A DNA stretch of 64,000 nucleotides from an uncultured Spirochaetia bacterium (GTDB lineage Bacteria; Spirochaetota; Spirochaetia; CAZBHR01): positions 106,568-170,567 of the forward strand of contig CAZBHR010000002.1 of NCBI GenBank assembly GCA_964492025.1, given 5' to 3'. The position numbers were made by a program, and so were the translations under genes. The first letter of the stretch is position 1, and the number at the start of each line of letters is the position of its first letter. Positions 8,696 to 18,600 of the stretch are shown here, piece after piece. Below the pieces are notes generated by a model. It worked only from the letters and a program-made list of their open reading frames with translations, made no database searches and was not told the DNA's origin.

Positions 8696-10212
8696 GGTTG
8701 CTCCTTTCTAATTCCTGTCATCATAAGACCAATAGCCTCTTCATTTGTTTCCGCTGTTGGAATGGTATTAATCAACTCGCCTTTACAGATTACTGCAATG
8801 TTGTCTGAGAGGTTGAACACCTCATCAAGCTCAAGAGAAACAAGAAGTACTGCACGTCCCTTATCTCGCTGCTCTACTAACCTTTTATGGATAAACTCAA
8901 TTGCCCCAACGTCTAAGCCTCGGGTTGGCTGTACTGCAATAAGGAGTTTGGGGTCTGAATCAATCTCCCTTCCAATAATAACCTTTTGCTGATTACCACC
9001 GGAGAGTGTTTTTGCGGGAGAGAGCTTTCCTTGTCCTGACCGTACATCAAACTCTTCAATAATAGTATCCGCATGTTCATAAATTGTTGAGGTGTTGAGA
9101 ATACCGCCCTTGGAGTAGGGGTGTTGGTAGTAAGATTTGAGTACCATGTTTTGAGCAACCGTATACTCTAATACCAGTCCATGCTTGTGTCGGTCCTCTG
9201 GAATAAGTCCCATGCCAGACTCACTTCTTTCACGAACCGAGAGATTTGTAATATCTATATCTCCCACATGAATAACTCCACTGGTGGTTTTTCTCAATCC
9301 AGCTATTGCTTCAATGAGCTCGGTTTGACCGTTTCCATCAACACCGGCTAATCCTACAATTTCACCTGCTCGCACCTGAAGAGAGAAATCCTTAACCACA
9401 TCCACCTTTCTCTCATCGGTTACCGTAAGATTTTGAATGTTTAGAATAACCTCCTGAGGTTGTGCTGGCGTTTTATCTACTTTGAAGGAGACCTCGCGTC
9501 CTACCATCATTGCGGCCATCTCAGCCTCTGTTGAGTTAGCTACCTCTACAGTTCCAATATATTTACCACGACGAATTACAGTGCAGAGGTCTGCGACCTC
9601 TTTTATCTCCTTCAGCTTGTGAGTAATAAGGATAATTGACTTGCCATCCTCCGTAAGCTTTCTCATAATTGCAATAAGTTCATGGATTTCCTGAGGGGTA
9701 AGTACTGCAGTAGGTTCGTCAAAAATTAAGATATCTGCATCCCGATACAACATCTTAAGTATCTCTACCCGTTGTTGCATTCCTACGGAGATATCCTCAA
9801 TTTTGGCGTAGGGATCTATTTGCAATCCATAGGCCTCTGATAGGGCTGCTACCTTTTCTGCGGTACTCTTTATATCAAGAACAAATTTCCCTTCCATTCC
9901 AAGAATAATATTTTCTGTTACTGTAAAGCTTGTAACCAGTTTAAAGTGCTGGTGTACCATTCCAATTCCTAGGGCAGTAGCAACGTTGGGATTAGTAATA
10001 GATACCTCTTCTCCACGAATTTTAATGGTTCCCGAAGTTGGATGATACAGTCCAAAAAGAATAGACATAAGGGTAGATTTTCCTGCCCCATTCTCACCTA
10101 GGAGTGCTAGAATTTCTCCCTTTTTTAGTTGGATAGTAATATCATCATTAGCTACAATTCCAGGAAACTCTTTGCGGATATGTAACATCTCTACAACATA
10201 ATCGTTTGTCAA
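8692..10212 (-). CDS. Nucleoside ABC transporter ATP-binding protein (two fused nucleotide-binding domains)
   Basis: Two Walker A motifs (GENGAGKST and GVDGNGQT) and two signature motifs ([18 protein letters not shown]). Start reassigned to TTG at 10212, which has AGGAGG 6 nt upstream and gives N-terminus (M)TNDYVVEMLHIRKEFPG. The ORF-track start at 10269 has no ribosome-binding site. Confidence 0.75.
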   Translation of the reverse strand: MTNDYVVEMLHIRKEFPGIVANDDITIQLKKGEILALLGENGAGKSTLMSILFGLYHPTSGTIKIRGEEVSITNPNVATALGIGMVHQHFKLVTSFTVTENIILGMEGKFVLDIKSTAEKVAALSEAYGLQIDPYAKIEDISVGMQQRVEILKMLYRDADILIFDEPTAVLTPQEIHELIAIMRKLTEDGKSIILITHKLKEIKEVADLCTVIRRGKYIGTVEVANSTEAEMAAMMVGREVSFKVDKTPAQPQEVILNIQNLTVTDERKVDVVKDFSLQVRAGEIVGLAGVDGNGQTELIEAIAGLRKTTSGVIHVGDIDITNLSVRERSESGMGLIPEDRHKHGLVLEYTVAQNMVLKSYYQHPYSKGGILNTSTIYEHADTIIEEFDVRSGQGKLSPAKTLSGGNQQKVIIGREIDSDPKLLIAVQPTRGLDVGAIEFIHKRLVEQRDKGRAVLLVSLELDEVFNLSDNIAVICKGELINTIPTAETNEEAIGLMMTGIRKEQP

Positions 10213-10233
10213 ATTAGACCTCCTAAAATAGAG

Positions 10234-10260
10234 AAGGGGCAAGTACAATACCTGCCCCTT
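10234..10260 (-). terminator. Intercistronic stem-loop after the BMP binding-protein gene (possible partial terminator)
   Basis: AAGGGGCA (10234-10241) pairs with TGCCCCTT (10253-10260) around an 11-nt loop. Located between the binding-protein stop (10294) and the ATPase start (10212). Confidence 0.4.
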
Positions 10261-10293
10261 CAAATACAATAAACCAAAAGTTCAGGACACTCT

Positions 10294-11367
10294 TTATTTT
10301 ATAAGATTTCCCTTTTCGCTAGAGACTTTCACACTTCCATTCGCAATGAGTTGAAAGAGTTCTGCAGTTTTTTTCTCAACCTCAGGATCTAGGTTAGGGT
10401 TCTCTTCTGGGAGTCCAACTCCATTGTTTGAAGCATCAAAAGTAAGGACCTGTCCTCCAGGAAATGTTCCATTGAGTTCTGCTTCAATCATATCGTAAGC
10501 TGCAACATCAATACCTTTTACCGCAGAGGTAAGGATAATAGAGTCATTGTTGTTATACAGTCCATCAGCATACTGATCAACATCTACTCCAATAACCCAT
10601 ACTTCGTTACCCTTAGATGCTCGAGCTTTTGCCTCATTAATAACACCAATACCTACACCACCAGCAGCCGCAAAAATCGCATTAACTCCTCGGTCATACA
10701 TGGTTGCAGCAAGCTGTCCTCCAGCTGCTACATTGTCAAAGGACCCTTGGTATACTACATTCTGAGCTTCAATAGTAGCGTTTGTTCCTTCGTTTTCATT
10801 TGCGTAGGCAACACCCTGTTGGAATCCCCAGTTAAACTTCTGTACTGCAGGAATCTCCATTCCTCCAATAAAACCAAGTTTTCCCTCTTGGAGCTGAAGT
10901 GCTGCTGCGTATCCTGCAAGGAATCCAGACTCCTCTTCAGCAAAGAAAATAGCTACAGTGTTATTTTGTACATTAGGAACGTAATCTCCTGCATGAGGGT
11001 TTCCGTCAAGAATAACAAACTTTGCATCTTTATACTTGTCTTGTGCTATGTTTACGGCTGTTTCAAACTTAAATCCAGGAGTGATGATAAATCTATACCC
11101 TCCGTCGTAGAGGTTGCCGATCTCCTGAAGATACTCAGCTTCGGTAGTTCCGTTTGGTTTGAGATATCGAGTGGTAATATCGAGATCTTTCTCAGCCTGT
11201 AGGATACCTTCCCAGGTACCTTGGTTGAAAGATTTATCATCGATAGTTCCCGCATCGGTAACCATACCTACTTTAAGTAGGTCTCCACTGTCTTCATCTC
11301 CAGAACAACTTACAAGAAGTCCTCCTACAAGAAGAAGTGCTGTTAATGCTAATAATATTTTTTTCAT
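10294..11367 (-). CDS. BMP-family (basic membrane protein / PnrA-like) nucleoside-binding lipoprotein
   Basis: 357 aa with signal peptide and lipobox LLVSC. First gene of an operon with two permeases, a tandem-domain ATPase and a nucleoside phosphorylase. GGAGGC ribosome-binding site. Confidence 0.8.
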   Translation of the reverse strand: MKKILLALTALLLVGGLLVSCSGDEDSGDLLKVGMVTDAGTIDDKSFNQGTWEGILQAEKDLDITTRYLKPNGTTEAEYLQEIGNLYDGGYRFIITPGFKFETAVNIAQDKYKDAKFVILDGNPHAGDYVPNVQNNTVAIFFAEEESGFLAGYAAALQLQEGKLGFIGGMEIPAVQKFNWGFQQGVAYANENEGTNATIEAQNVVYQGSFDNVAAGGQLAATMYDRGVNAIFAAAGGVGIGVINEAKARASKGNEVWVIGVDVDQYADGLYNNNDSIILTSAVKGIDVAAYDMIEAELNGTFPGGQVLTFDASNNGVGLPEENPNLDPEVEKKTAELFQLIANGSVKVSSEKGNLIK

Positions 11368-11658
11368 AACTTTATAGCCTCCAGTAAAATTTCAACTCTT
11401 ATTATATCCTAAGGGACAGCAAATAGCAACAAAAAAGGGGAGGCCCTTAGGAATTTCTTCCGATTCTTATACTCCTTTTTGTAAGGGGATTCTTTTCTGA
11501 ATTCATCTGTATTTTTATAAAAAAATTTTTTTCTAGATAAAAATATCCTAAATCTTGTTCAGCCTATTGACATTTGTTCAAAGTTTCACTAATTTATTGA
11601 CATAAAGGTGAAATAAATCACGAAGAATGAAGATGATTACCATAAGAGGAGCAAAAAC

Positions 11659-14223
11659 ATGGATCAAAAAGAACGATTAGATGCAACTATTAGTACTGCA
11701 AAAAAGGCACAAATTGCCTATAGTACTTTTAGTCAGGAGAAGGTGAATGAAATTTTCCGTACCAGTGCACTTGCTGCAAACAACGCAAGAATATCGCTTG
11801 CTAAAATGGCAGTAAAAGAGACGGGAATGGGTATTGTTGAGGATAAGGTAATTAAGAATCACTTTGCTTCAGAGTACATCTATAATAAGTATAAAGATAC
11901 TCCTACCTGTGGTGAAATTGAAAGAGATAACGCCTTTGGTATTATCAAAGTAGCAGAGCCTATTGGAGTTATTGGAGGAGTTGTTCCTACAACAAACCCA
12001 ACTTCAACCGCAATTTTTAAAGCTCTTTTAGCACTTAAAACTCGAAACGCTATCATTTTTTCTCCTCACCCTAGAGCGGTAAAGAGTACTATTGAAGCGG
12101 CAAAAATTGTAAAAGAGGCAGCCGAAGCAGCGGGTGCACCAAAGGGACTTATTGGCTGGATTGATGAGCCATCTGTTGCAGCAAGTCAGCAGCTTATGGG
12201 TCACCCTGATATTAGTATTATTCTTGCTACCGGTGGTCCTGGTATGGTACGTGCTGCTTACAGCTCTGGAAAACCAGCCCTTGGAGTTGGTGCAGGTAAT
12301 ACTCCAGCGGTTATTGATGAAACTGCGGATATTAAAGAGGCTGTAAGTTCTATTCTTATGAGTAAAACCTTTGACAACGGAATGATCTGTGCTTCAGAGC
12401 AGTCTGTTGTGGTATGTGATAAGGTGTATAAAGAGGTAAAAGCGGAGTTTGCCTTACGAGGAGCTCATCTTCTTTCTAAGACAGAACAACCAAAGGTTGC
12501 AAAGATTCTTTTAAAAGATGGCCATTTAAATGGGGCTATTGTTGGTCAGCCTGCATATAAGATTGCAGAGATGGCTGGGGTTACCGTACCTGTAGAAGCG
12601 AAGGTTCTTATTGGTGAGGTTTCAAAAATTGGTGTAGACGAGCCTTTCTCCTTTGAGAAGTTAAGTCCTGTATTAGCAATGTACAAAGCAAAGGATTACA
12701 AAGACGCCTTTGATAAAGCTGCCGCCCTTGTAGAGTTTGGTGGATTAGGACATACCTCTGTTCTTTATACCGATAGAAGTAATACCGATAGGGTAGACGA
12801 GTTTGGATCAAGAATGAAAGCTGGACGAACTCTTATTAATATGCCCTCAAGCCAGGGAGCAATTGGAGATCTCTTTAACTTTAAGTTAGCCCCATCACTT
12901 ACTCTTGGGTGTGGAAGCTGGGGAGGAAACTCCGTAAGTCAGAACGTTGGACCTATGGAATTATTAAATATCAAAACAGTAGCAGAGAGGAGAGAGAATA
13001 TGTTGTGGTTTCGAGTACCTCCAAAGGTATATTTTAAACGAGGTTCTTTGGAGCTTGCACTGGGAGACCTTGCTGATAAAAAGAGAGCTTTTATTGTAAC
13101 CGATCAATTTCTTTACGAAAATGGATACTGTGACGGAGTTACTAAAACATTAAGTAGTATGGGAATACTTTATGATATCTTCCCAGAAGTAAAACCAGAT
13201 CCAACCCTTTCTACTGCATACCGTGGAGTTGAGGCGATGAAAAACGCAAACCCCGATGTTATCATTAGTATTGGTGGTGGTTCTCCAATGGACTGTGCAA
13301 AAATTATGTGGCTTCTGTATGAACACCCAGAGGTGAAGTTTGAGGATCTAGCTCTTCGATTTATGGATATTCGAAAGAGAGTATACACCTTCCCAGAGCT
13401 TGGAGGAAAGGCTTCTTTTGTTGCAATTCCAACTACCAGTGGTACAGGATCAGAAGTTACCCCATTTGCGGTTATTACTGATGACTCAACAGGTATGAAA
13501 TATCCTATTGCGGACTACCAGCTTACCCCTCATATGGCAATTTGTGACCCTAACCTTGTTATGGCAATGCCAAAAGCTCTTACTGCTCACTCAGGGCTTG
13601 ATGTACTTACTCACGCACTGGAAGCTCTTGTTTCTGTACTTGCTACAGAGTTTACCAACTCTATGGCTCTTGAGGCAATTCGACTTACCTTTAAATATCT
13701 TCCTGCTTCATATACAGAGGGAGATCAGAAGGCAAGAGAGAAAATGCACTACGCATCAACCCTTGCGGGAATGGCTTTTGCAAACGCATTCCTAGGTGTG
13801 TGTCACTCTATGGCTCACAAGCTTGGAGCTTTCCATCACCTGCCACATGGGTTATCAAATGCACTTCTCTTAACAGAGGTTATTCGATACAACGCAGATA
13901 ATGCACCAACAAAGCAGGGAGCTTTCTCTCAGTACAAGCACCCAGAAGCGTCTATGCGATACGCACGAGTTGCTGATCTTTTAGGACTTGGTGGTAAAAC
14001 TGAAGAGGAGAAGGTTGAGAAGCTTATTGCTAAGGTTGAAGAACTTAAGGCTATTTGTGAAATCCCAGAAAGTATTTCTGCAGCAGGGATTGATGAAAAG
14101 TCTTTTATGAAGAACCTTGATGAGATGTGTGATGAGGCTTTTGATGATCAGTGTACCAGTGCGAACCCACGGTTCCCATTGATCTCTGAGATTAAGGATC
14201 TTTATCTAAAAGCTTTTAAATAG
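11659..14223 (+). CDS. adhE: Bifunctional acetaldehyde-CoA / alcohol dehydrogenase
   Basis: 854 aa. N-terminal aldehyde dehydrogenase region (...ISLAKMAVKETGMGIVEDKVIKNHFASEYIYNKYKD...) and C-terminal iron-type alcohol dehydrogenase domain. AGGAG ribosome-binding site. Confidence 0.9.
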   Translation: MDQKERLDATISTAKKAQIAYSTFSQEKVNEIFRTSALAANNARISLAKMAVKETGMGIVEDKVIKNHFASEYIYNKYKDTPTCGEIERDNAFGIIKVAEPIGVIGGVVPTTNPTSTAIFKALLALKTRNAIIFSPHPRAVKSTIEAAKIVKEAAEAAGAPKGLIGWIDEPSVAASQQLMGHPDISIILATGGPGMVRAAYSSGKPALGVGAGNTPAVIDETADIKEAVSSILMSKTFDNGMICASEQSVVVCDKVYKEVKAEFALRGAHLLSKTEQPKVAKILLKDGHLNGAIVGQPAYKIAEMAGVTVPVEAKVLIGEVSKIGVDEPFSFEKLSPVLAMYKAKDYKDAFDKAAALVEFGGLGHTSVLYTDRSNTDRVDEFGSRMKAGRTLINMPSSQGAIGDLFNFKLAPSLTLGCGSWGGNSVSQNVGPMELLNIKTVAERRENMLWFRVPPKVYFKRGSLELALGDLADKKRAFIVTDQFLYENGYCDGVTKTLSSMGILYDIFPEVKPDPTLSTAYRGVEAMKNANPDVIISIGGGSPMDCAKIMWLLYEHPEVKFEDLALRFMDIRKRVYTFPELGGKASFVAIPTTSGTGSEVTPFAVITDDSTGMKYPIADYQLTPHMAICDPNLVMAMPKALTAHSGLDVLTHALEALVSVLATEFTNSMALEAIRLTFKYLPASYTEGDQKAREKMHYASTLAGMAFANAFLGVCHSMAHKLGAFHHLPHGLSNALLLTEVIRYNADNAPTKQGAFSQYKHPEASMRYARVADLLGLGGKTEEEKVEKLIAKVEELKAICEIPESISAAGIDEKSFMKNLDEMCDEAFDDQCTSANPRFPLISEIKDLYLKAFK

Positions 14224-14273
14224 GGAGCTGACATAGCAGAGACTATTTAGTTTCTGCTATGATCTCTGATAGA

Positions 14274-14300
14274 GGGCAGTTCTTCAGAACTGCCCTTTTT
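14274..14300 (+). terminator. Intrinsic terminator of adhE
   Basis: Stem GGGCAGTTC / GAACTGCCC (14274-14295) followed by TTTTT (14296-14300). Confidence 0.65.
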
Positions 14301-14327
14301 ATGTGTATGCAGGAATAGTGGTTATAT

Positions 14328-16130
14328 CTATTCCAGTTTACTCTTATACTCTTGGTAAAACTCATCGGGAGTGGTATCCCACTCATGGAGTAGGGTAACC
14401 CCGTCTCGTTTGCAGATGGTATAAAACTCCTCTAACATATTTCTTCTTTCATCTTTTGTTCCATACTCCAATACAAGGCTTACATACATGGTTGATCTAC
14501 TAATACTCTCAACTCGCGCAAGAAGAGTTTTGTTATTGGATACCGCATTTTTTGCACTGGCAAGTATCTCTGTATACCGTGAAATCATACCTTCTGAAAG
14601 ATACCCTTTTTTGTGAGTCTTCGGATGATCAAATATGTATAACTCTTTTCCACTCTCTTTCATGCTTTTCTGCATTTCATCAATATACTGTCTAATAAAA
14701 GGGGCCGCTTCACCGTAATATCCTCCAAGGAAGTCGTTAATAATTTCATCTACATTGGCATCGGGGTTCCATAGGAGTTTTGCTAAAAGGTACGCTCTCA
14801 GTTCTGCAAACTCTCCTCCCACATCTCTGTTCCCCTGTGAAAAAATACCCTTTACATCGTGTTCTATAAAGAATTTGATGTTTTCCTGCTGCACGAAAAA
14901 ATTAGGGAAGGGCATAAGCAGATGGTTAAATCCAATAACGTAGTCCCAAATAAACAGTCTATCACTTACCTCTGACCACCCTTGGATATTTTTGGTGAAT
15001 TTTTGATTTTTTGAGTTTGAAGATTCATAAAGAGGCTGGTCTCGCTTAATACTAATAGGGCAGAGCATAATAGACACATTGTCTGCGGGCTTTACATTTT
15101 TTGGAGGTTCTTCACTGTACCAATACGCAAGGGTTGATATGATTTTATCGGGGAATTCATCTGCAACTCTATTGATAAAAGGGAGAATTGACCCCATAGG
15201 TGTTCCCTCTTTCATATTTAGTTTCATGCAGGAGAAACACTGGCAGGGTTTTGCATTATCCATCTGTGATACATCCCAGTAGGTGCTTTTTTGTTCTGCC
15301 CAAATAGGAAAATCGTAGGTAGGTTCGTTTTCAATATGCTCTCTCAAACTATCAACTGTCTTGAGAAACACCTCCTCATTGGTGAGGCAGAGCTGGGAGT
15401 CCTTTGACCTTGTAAAAAATCGTCTTGAAAAATACTCAGGGTTGCTCTCAAAGTACTCTTCTGGTGGTACGTAGGTGTAAAATGTGTGACACCAAGTACC
15501 GTATCCAGGGTGCCGTCCAGACTGCACATTTCCATTCAACCGAAGTCTTGCGGCTAGCTGGTCATCTTGTAGGTGAGAGTAGAGAACCTCTCGATATCCA
15601 ACAATAGGAATTTGGGTGTTATCTATTTCTGATATATGAATAGTATCCATAGAGGGAATATAACTGGCATCCGCCGTATACCAACGACATCCAAGGTAAT
15701 CTTCGAGAAATCCATAGACACCATAGAGAATCCCACGTATTGGAGATCCATCAATGTAGAGCGTTTGATTCTCTGTTTTGATTCTAAACCCATCTGATTT
15801 AAGATCTGAGGTGTAGTTGAATCCTAAACGAATCTCCTGCTCTTGGGATGAGGTATTCTGAATAATAAGTTTTGCACCACTTATTTGCTCAATAAAAGCT
15901 TGTAGCTCTGATGCAGCTAATATATCTACCTCAGAAGGGTTTTGAGGTAGTACAATCGCATAAGAACTTTTTCCTCCCTCCACTAAAGAGAAGGCAAAGT
16001 CTCCCGTAGGTGAGGGGGAGGAGGTGCTTATATTTTGAGGTATAAATGAACTCCCCTGGTTACTACAACCGAGTACTATAAAAACTAACAGATAGACTCC
16101 AATAAAAAAACGACTAATATGTTTATACAC
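14328..16130 (-). CDS. Secreted lipoprotein, glycoside-hydrolase-like (resembles the DUF4838 / GH20-like family)
   Basis: 600 aa. Signal peptide with lipobox LGCS. The central region (WNPD..., YYGEAA...) resembles DUF4838-type carbohydrate-active proteins from memory; not verified. Confidence 0.45.
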   Translation of the reverse strand: MYKHISRFFIGVYLLVFIVLGCSNQGSSFIPQNISTSSPSPTGDFAFSLVEGGKSSYAIVLPQNPSEVDILAASELQAFIEQISGAKLIIQNTSSQEQEIRLGFNYTSDLKSDGFRIKTENQTLYIDGSPIRGILYGVYGFLEDYLGCRWYTADASYIPSMDTIHISEIDNTQIPIVGYREVLYSHLQDDQLAARLRLNGNVQSGRHPGYGTWCHTFYTYVPPEEYFESNPEYFSRRFFTRSKDSQLCLTNEEVFLKTVDSLREHIENEPTYDFPIWAEQKSTYWDVSQMDNAKPCQCFSCMKLNMKEGTPMGSILPFINRVADEFPDKIISTLAYWYSEEPPKNVKPADNVSIMLCPISIKRDQPLYESSNSKNQKFTKNIQGWSEVSDRLFIWDYVIGFNHLLMPFPNFFVQQENIKFFIEHDVKGIFSQGNRDVGGEFAELRAYLLAKLLWNPDANVDEIINDFLGGYYGEAAPFIRQYIDEMQKSMKESGKELYIFDHPKTHKKGYLSEGMISRYTEILASAKNAVSNNKTLLARVESISRSTMYVSLVLEYGTKDERRNMLEEFYTICKRDGVTLLHEWDTTPDEFYQEYKSKLE

Positions 16131-16355
16131 AGAAAACTCCTTTGCTAAATTATAAGGGTTTGAGTAGCTCCAATGTCAATGAAAAGTTTAGCTTATTGGA
16201 ACTTATGGGTGATAGCCTAGAGATTGCGAAAGGAGGAGGGAGTAGATTTTGAGGGGTGAGAGCTTTGGCTATCTTGAAGCGGCTATATATAATCACTTGA
16301 TGCGCGAGAGTAAAAAACTCTTAAGTTCCTGATAATATTTGTTGATTCTTTTTCC

Positions 16356-16383
16356 TTGACAACCTATTAATCTATGATATACT
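16356..16383 (+). promoter_or_regulatory. Sigma-70-type promoter candidate for the alpha-galactoside ABC operon
   Basis: TTGACA (16356-16361), 16-nt spacer, TATACT (16378-16383), about 45 nt upstream of the ATG at 16429. Confidence 0.35.
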
Positions 16384-16410
16384 TATTTTCGTACACGTGT
16401 ACGAAAATAA
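16383..16410 (+). promoter_or_regulatory. 28-bp perfect palindrome (candidate operator or 5' leader hairpin)
   Basis: TTATTTTCGTACAC|GTGTACGAAAATAA is an exact inverted repeat centred on CACGTG, starting at the last base of the -10 element and ending 6 nt before the ribosome-binding site. Confidence 0.4.
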
Positions 16411-16428
16411 AGGAAAAGGAGATTGAGT

Positions 16429-17706
16429 ATGAGAAACAAGTTGGCTTTAATGATAATAATTATGGTAGTTGTTAGTTTTTTTGGTTGTTCTGAAAAAGAA
16501 AATAGTTCAACAGAAATGGCTTCTTCTAAGGTTGCTCAAGAGGAGACGAAGAGTGTTACTCTTTCTTGGCTCATCTGGGATAAAAACCAGCAGGCTGGTA
16601 TGGAGGCAATTGCAGCAGCCTTTACTGAAAAAAACCCTCATATTACTATCAAAGTAAATGTTACAGGGTGGGGGGAGTATTGGACAAAATTAGAGGCAGC
16701 CGCAACAGGTGGGGCTTTACCAGATATCTTTTGGATGCATATTGCGGAGTTTTATAAGTATGCAGAGCATAACATGCTTTTGGATATTACTAATGAACTA
16801 AGTGCTTCTATCTTTGAGCCATTTCCTGAAGATCTTGTAGACTTATATACTGTTGAAGGGCGTCGATATGGGATTCCTAAAGATTTTGATACTATTGGAG
16901 TTTTTTATAATAAAGAGCTTTTTGATAAAGCTGGAGTTCCATACCCCCAGGGAGGTTGGGATTGGGATGAGTATACGGAAACGGCAAAAAAGCTTACCTC
17001 AAATGATGTATGGGGGACTGCAGCACCCTTAGACCCTCAAAGTGGATATTGGAATGCAATATATCAAAATGGAGGATATGTTATTTCTGAAGATAAGAAA
17101 ACTTCTGGGATGGATAATCCAAAAACTATTGAAGCTCTTGAGTGGTATGTAGGATTAAGTTTAGATGAAAATGTATCTCCTCCTCATGTCTTAATGGAGG
17201 AGAATGGTGTCTTTGAGATGTTCGTTGCAGAGAAGTTAGCTATGGTTATGCTAGGTTCTTGGATGATTCCTGGGCTTACACAAACACCGCAATTACTTGA
17301 AAAATTAGGAGTTGTTGCACTTCCTTCCCAAGAACAAGGTGCCTCTATTTATAATGGTTTAGCATATAGTGCTTCTTCTCAAACCAAGCACAAAAAAGAA
17401 GCTCTTGCTTTTTTAGAGTTTTTAGCAAGTAAAGAGGCTAACTTAATTCAGGCAGAATATGCATCAGCTATTCCTGCATACCGAGGAACCAGTGAATCTT
17501 GGGTGAACCATATTCCAAATCTCGACTTACAGATATTTGTCGATCAGCTGGATGTTGGTATTATTTATCCCACATCAAAGTATGGTTTGCAGTGGGATTT
17601 ATTAAGAAATGATATATTCCCACCTGTTTTCACCGGAAATGTTGATGTCCGTACAGCTTCCGAGGAGTATGCAAATAAAATGAATGCTATTTTGGCATCG
17701 GAGTAG
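16429..17706 (+). CDS. Sugar ABC transporter substrate-binding lipoprotein (MsmE-like)
   Basis: Signal peptide with lipobox FFGCS. Start moved to ATG 16429, preceded by AAGGAG; the ORF track begins at TTG 16423. Followed by two permeases and a GH4 alpha-galactosidase. Confidence 0.7.
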   Translation: MRNKLALMIIIMVVVSFFGCSEKENSSTEMASSKVAQEETKSVTLSWLIWDKNQQAGMEAIAAAFTEKNPHITIKVNVTGWGEYWTKLEAAATGGALPDIFWMHIAEFYKYAEHNMLLDITNELSASIFEPFPEDLVDLYTVEGRRYGIPKDFDTIGVFYNKELFDKAGVPYPQGGWDWDEYTETAKKLTSNDVWGTAAPLDPQSGYWNAIYQNGGYVISEDKKTSGMDNPKTIEALEWYVGLSLDENVSPPHVLMEENGVFEMFVAEKLAMVMLGSWMIPGLTQTPQLLEKLGVVALPSQEQGASIYNGLAYSASSQTKHKKEALAFLEFLASKEANLIQAEYASAIPAYRGTSESWVNHIPNLDLQIFVDQLDVGIIYPTSKYGLQWDLLRNDIFPPVFTGNVDVRTASEEYANKMNAILASE

Positions 17707-17709
17707 GGT

Positions 17710-18600
17710 ATGAACTTAGCCAGACATAAATCTGCATGGTTTTGGGGTTACTTTTTTGTAGCCCCAACTATAATAGGATTATGTATTCTTAATATATATC
17801 CCTTACTCCAAACAATATATTTGAGTTTTACAAAATCTGGAGCTTTTGGCACATCTCAATTTATTGGATTTGAAAATTATAAGATTATTATGAGTGATAC
17901 TCTGATTCTTCGCTCCTTTGTAAATACTGGGTTGTATGCACTGATTGTGGTTCCATCTGTGAGTATTATATCTCTGGTTGTTGCAAGTCTCCTTAATAGT
18001 AAGATTCGGGGATTAACGGTATATCGTGTTATGTTTTTTCTTCCAGTAGTCTCTGCCCCTGCTGCTGTTGCTATGGTGTGGAAATCTCTCTTTAATTCAA
18101 GTTATGGAGTTTTTAATTATTTATTGAGCTTGGTTGGAGTTACTCCCATTCAGTGGTTAACAAATCCTCGGATAGTTATTTTTTCTGTATCAGCAGTTGG
18201 CATTTGGATGGGAATAGGAACCAGTATGATTATTCTTCTTGCGGGATTACAGGAGATTCCTGTAAGTTACTACGAGGCTGCGGATATGGATGGAGCTTCC
18301 TCTGTAAAAAAGTTTTTTGCTATAACTCTTCCTCTTGTAACACCATCACTCTTCTTTGTGACAGTTACGAATCTTATTGGGGCAATGAAAGTTTTTGATA
18401 CCATATATATGATGTTTGGACAGAGTAATCCTGCACTTCCCTATGTTCAGTCAGTGGTGAGCCTATTCTATAAATACTCTTTTGAGCTCAAAATGAAAGG
18501 GATGGGCTCTGCAATCATTACTCTATTATTTTTTGTGATTTTACTTATTACCGCTGTACAGTTAAAGCTTCAAAAAAGGTGGGTGCACTACAATGGATAA
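17710..18600 (+). CDS. Sugar ABC transporter permease (MalF/AmyD-like)
   Basis: 296 aa, six predicted TM helices, conserved EAA-loop region typical of binding-protein-dependent permeases. Confidence 0.75.
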   Translation: MNLARHKSAWFWGYFFVAPTIIGLCILNIYPLLQTIYLSFTKSGAFGTSQFIGFENYKIIMSDTLILRSFVNTGLYALIVVPSVSIISLVVASLLNSKIRGLTVYRVMFFLPVVSAPAAVAMVWKSLFNSSYGVFNYLLSLVGVTPIQWLTNPRIVIFSVSAVGIWMGIGTSMIILLAGLQEIPVSYYEAADMDGASSVKKFFAITLPLVTPSLFFVTVTNLIGAMKVFDTIYMMFGQSNPALPYVQSVVSLFYKYSFELKMKGMGSAIITLLFFVILLITAVQLKLQKRWVHYNG

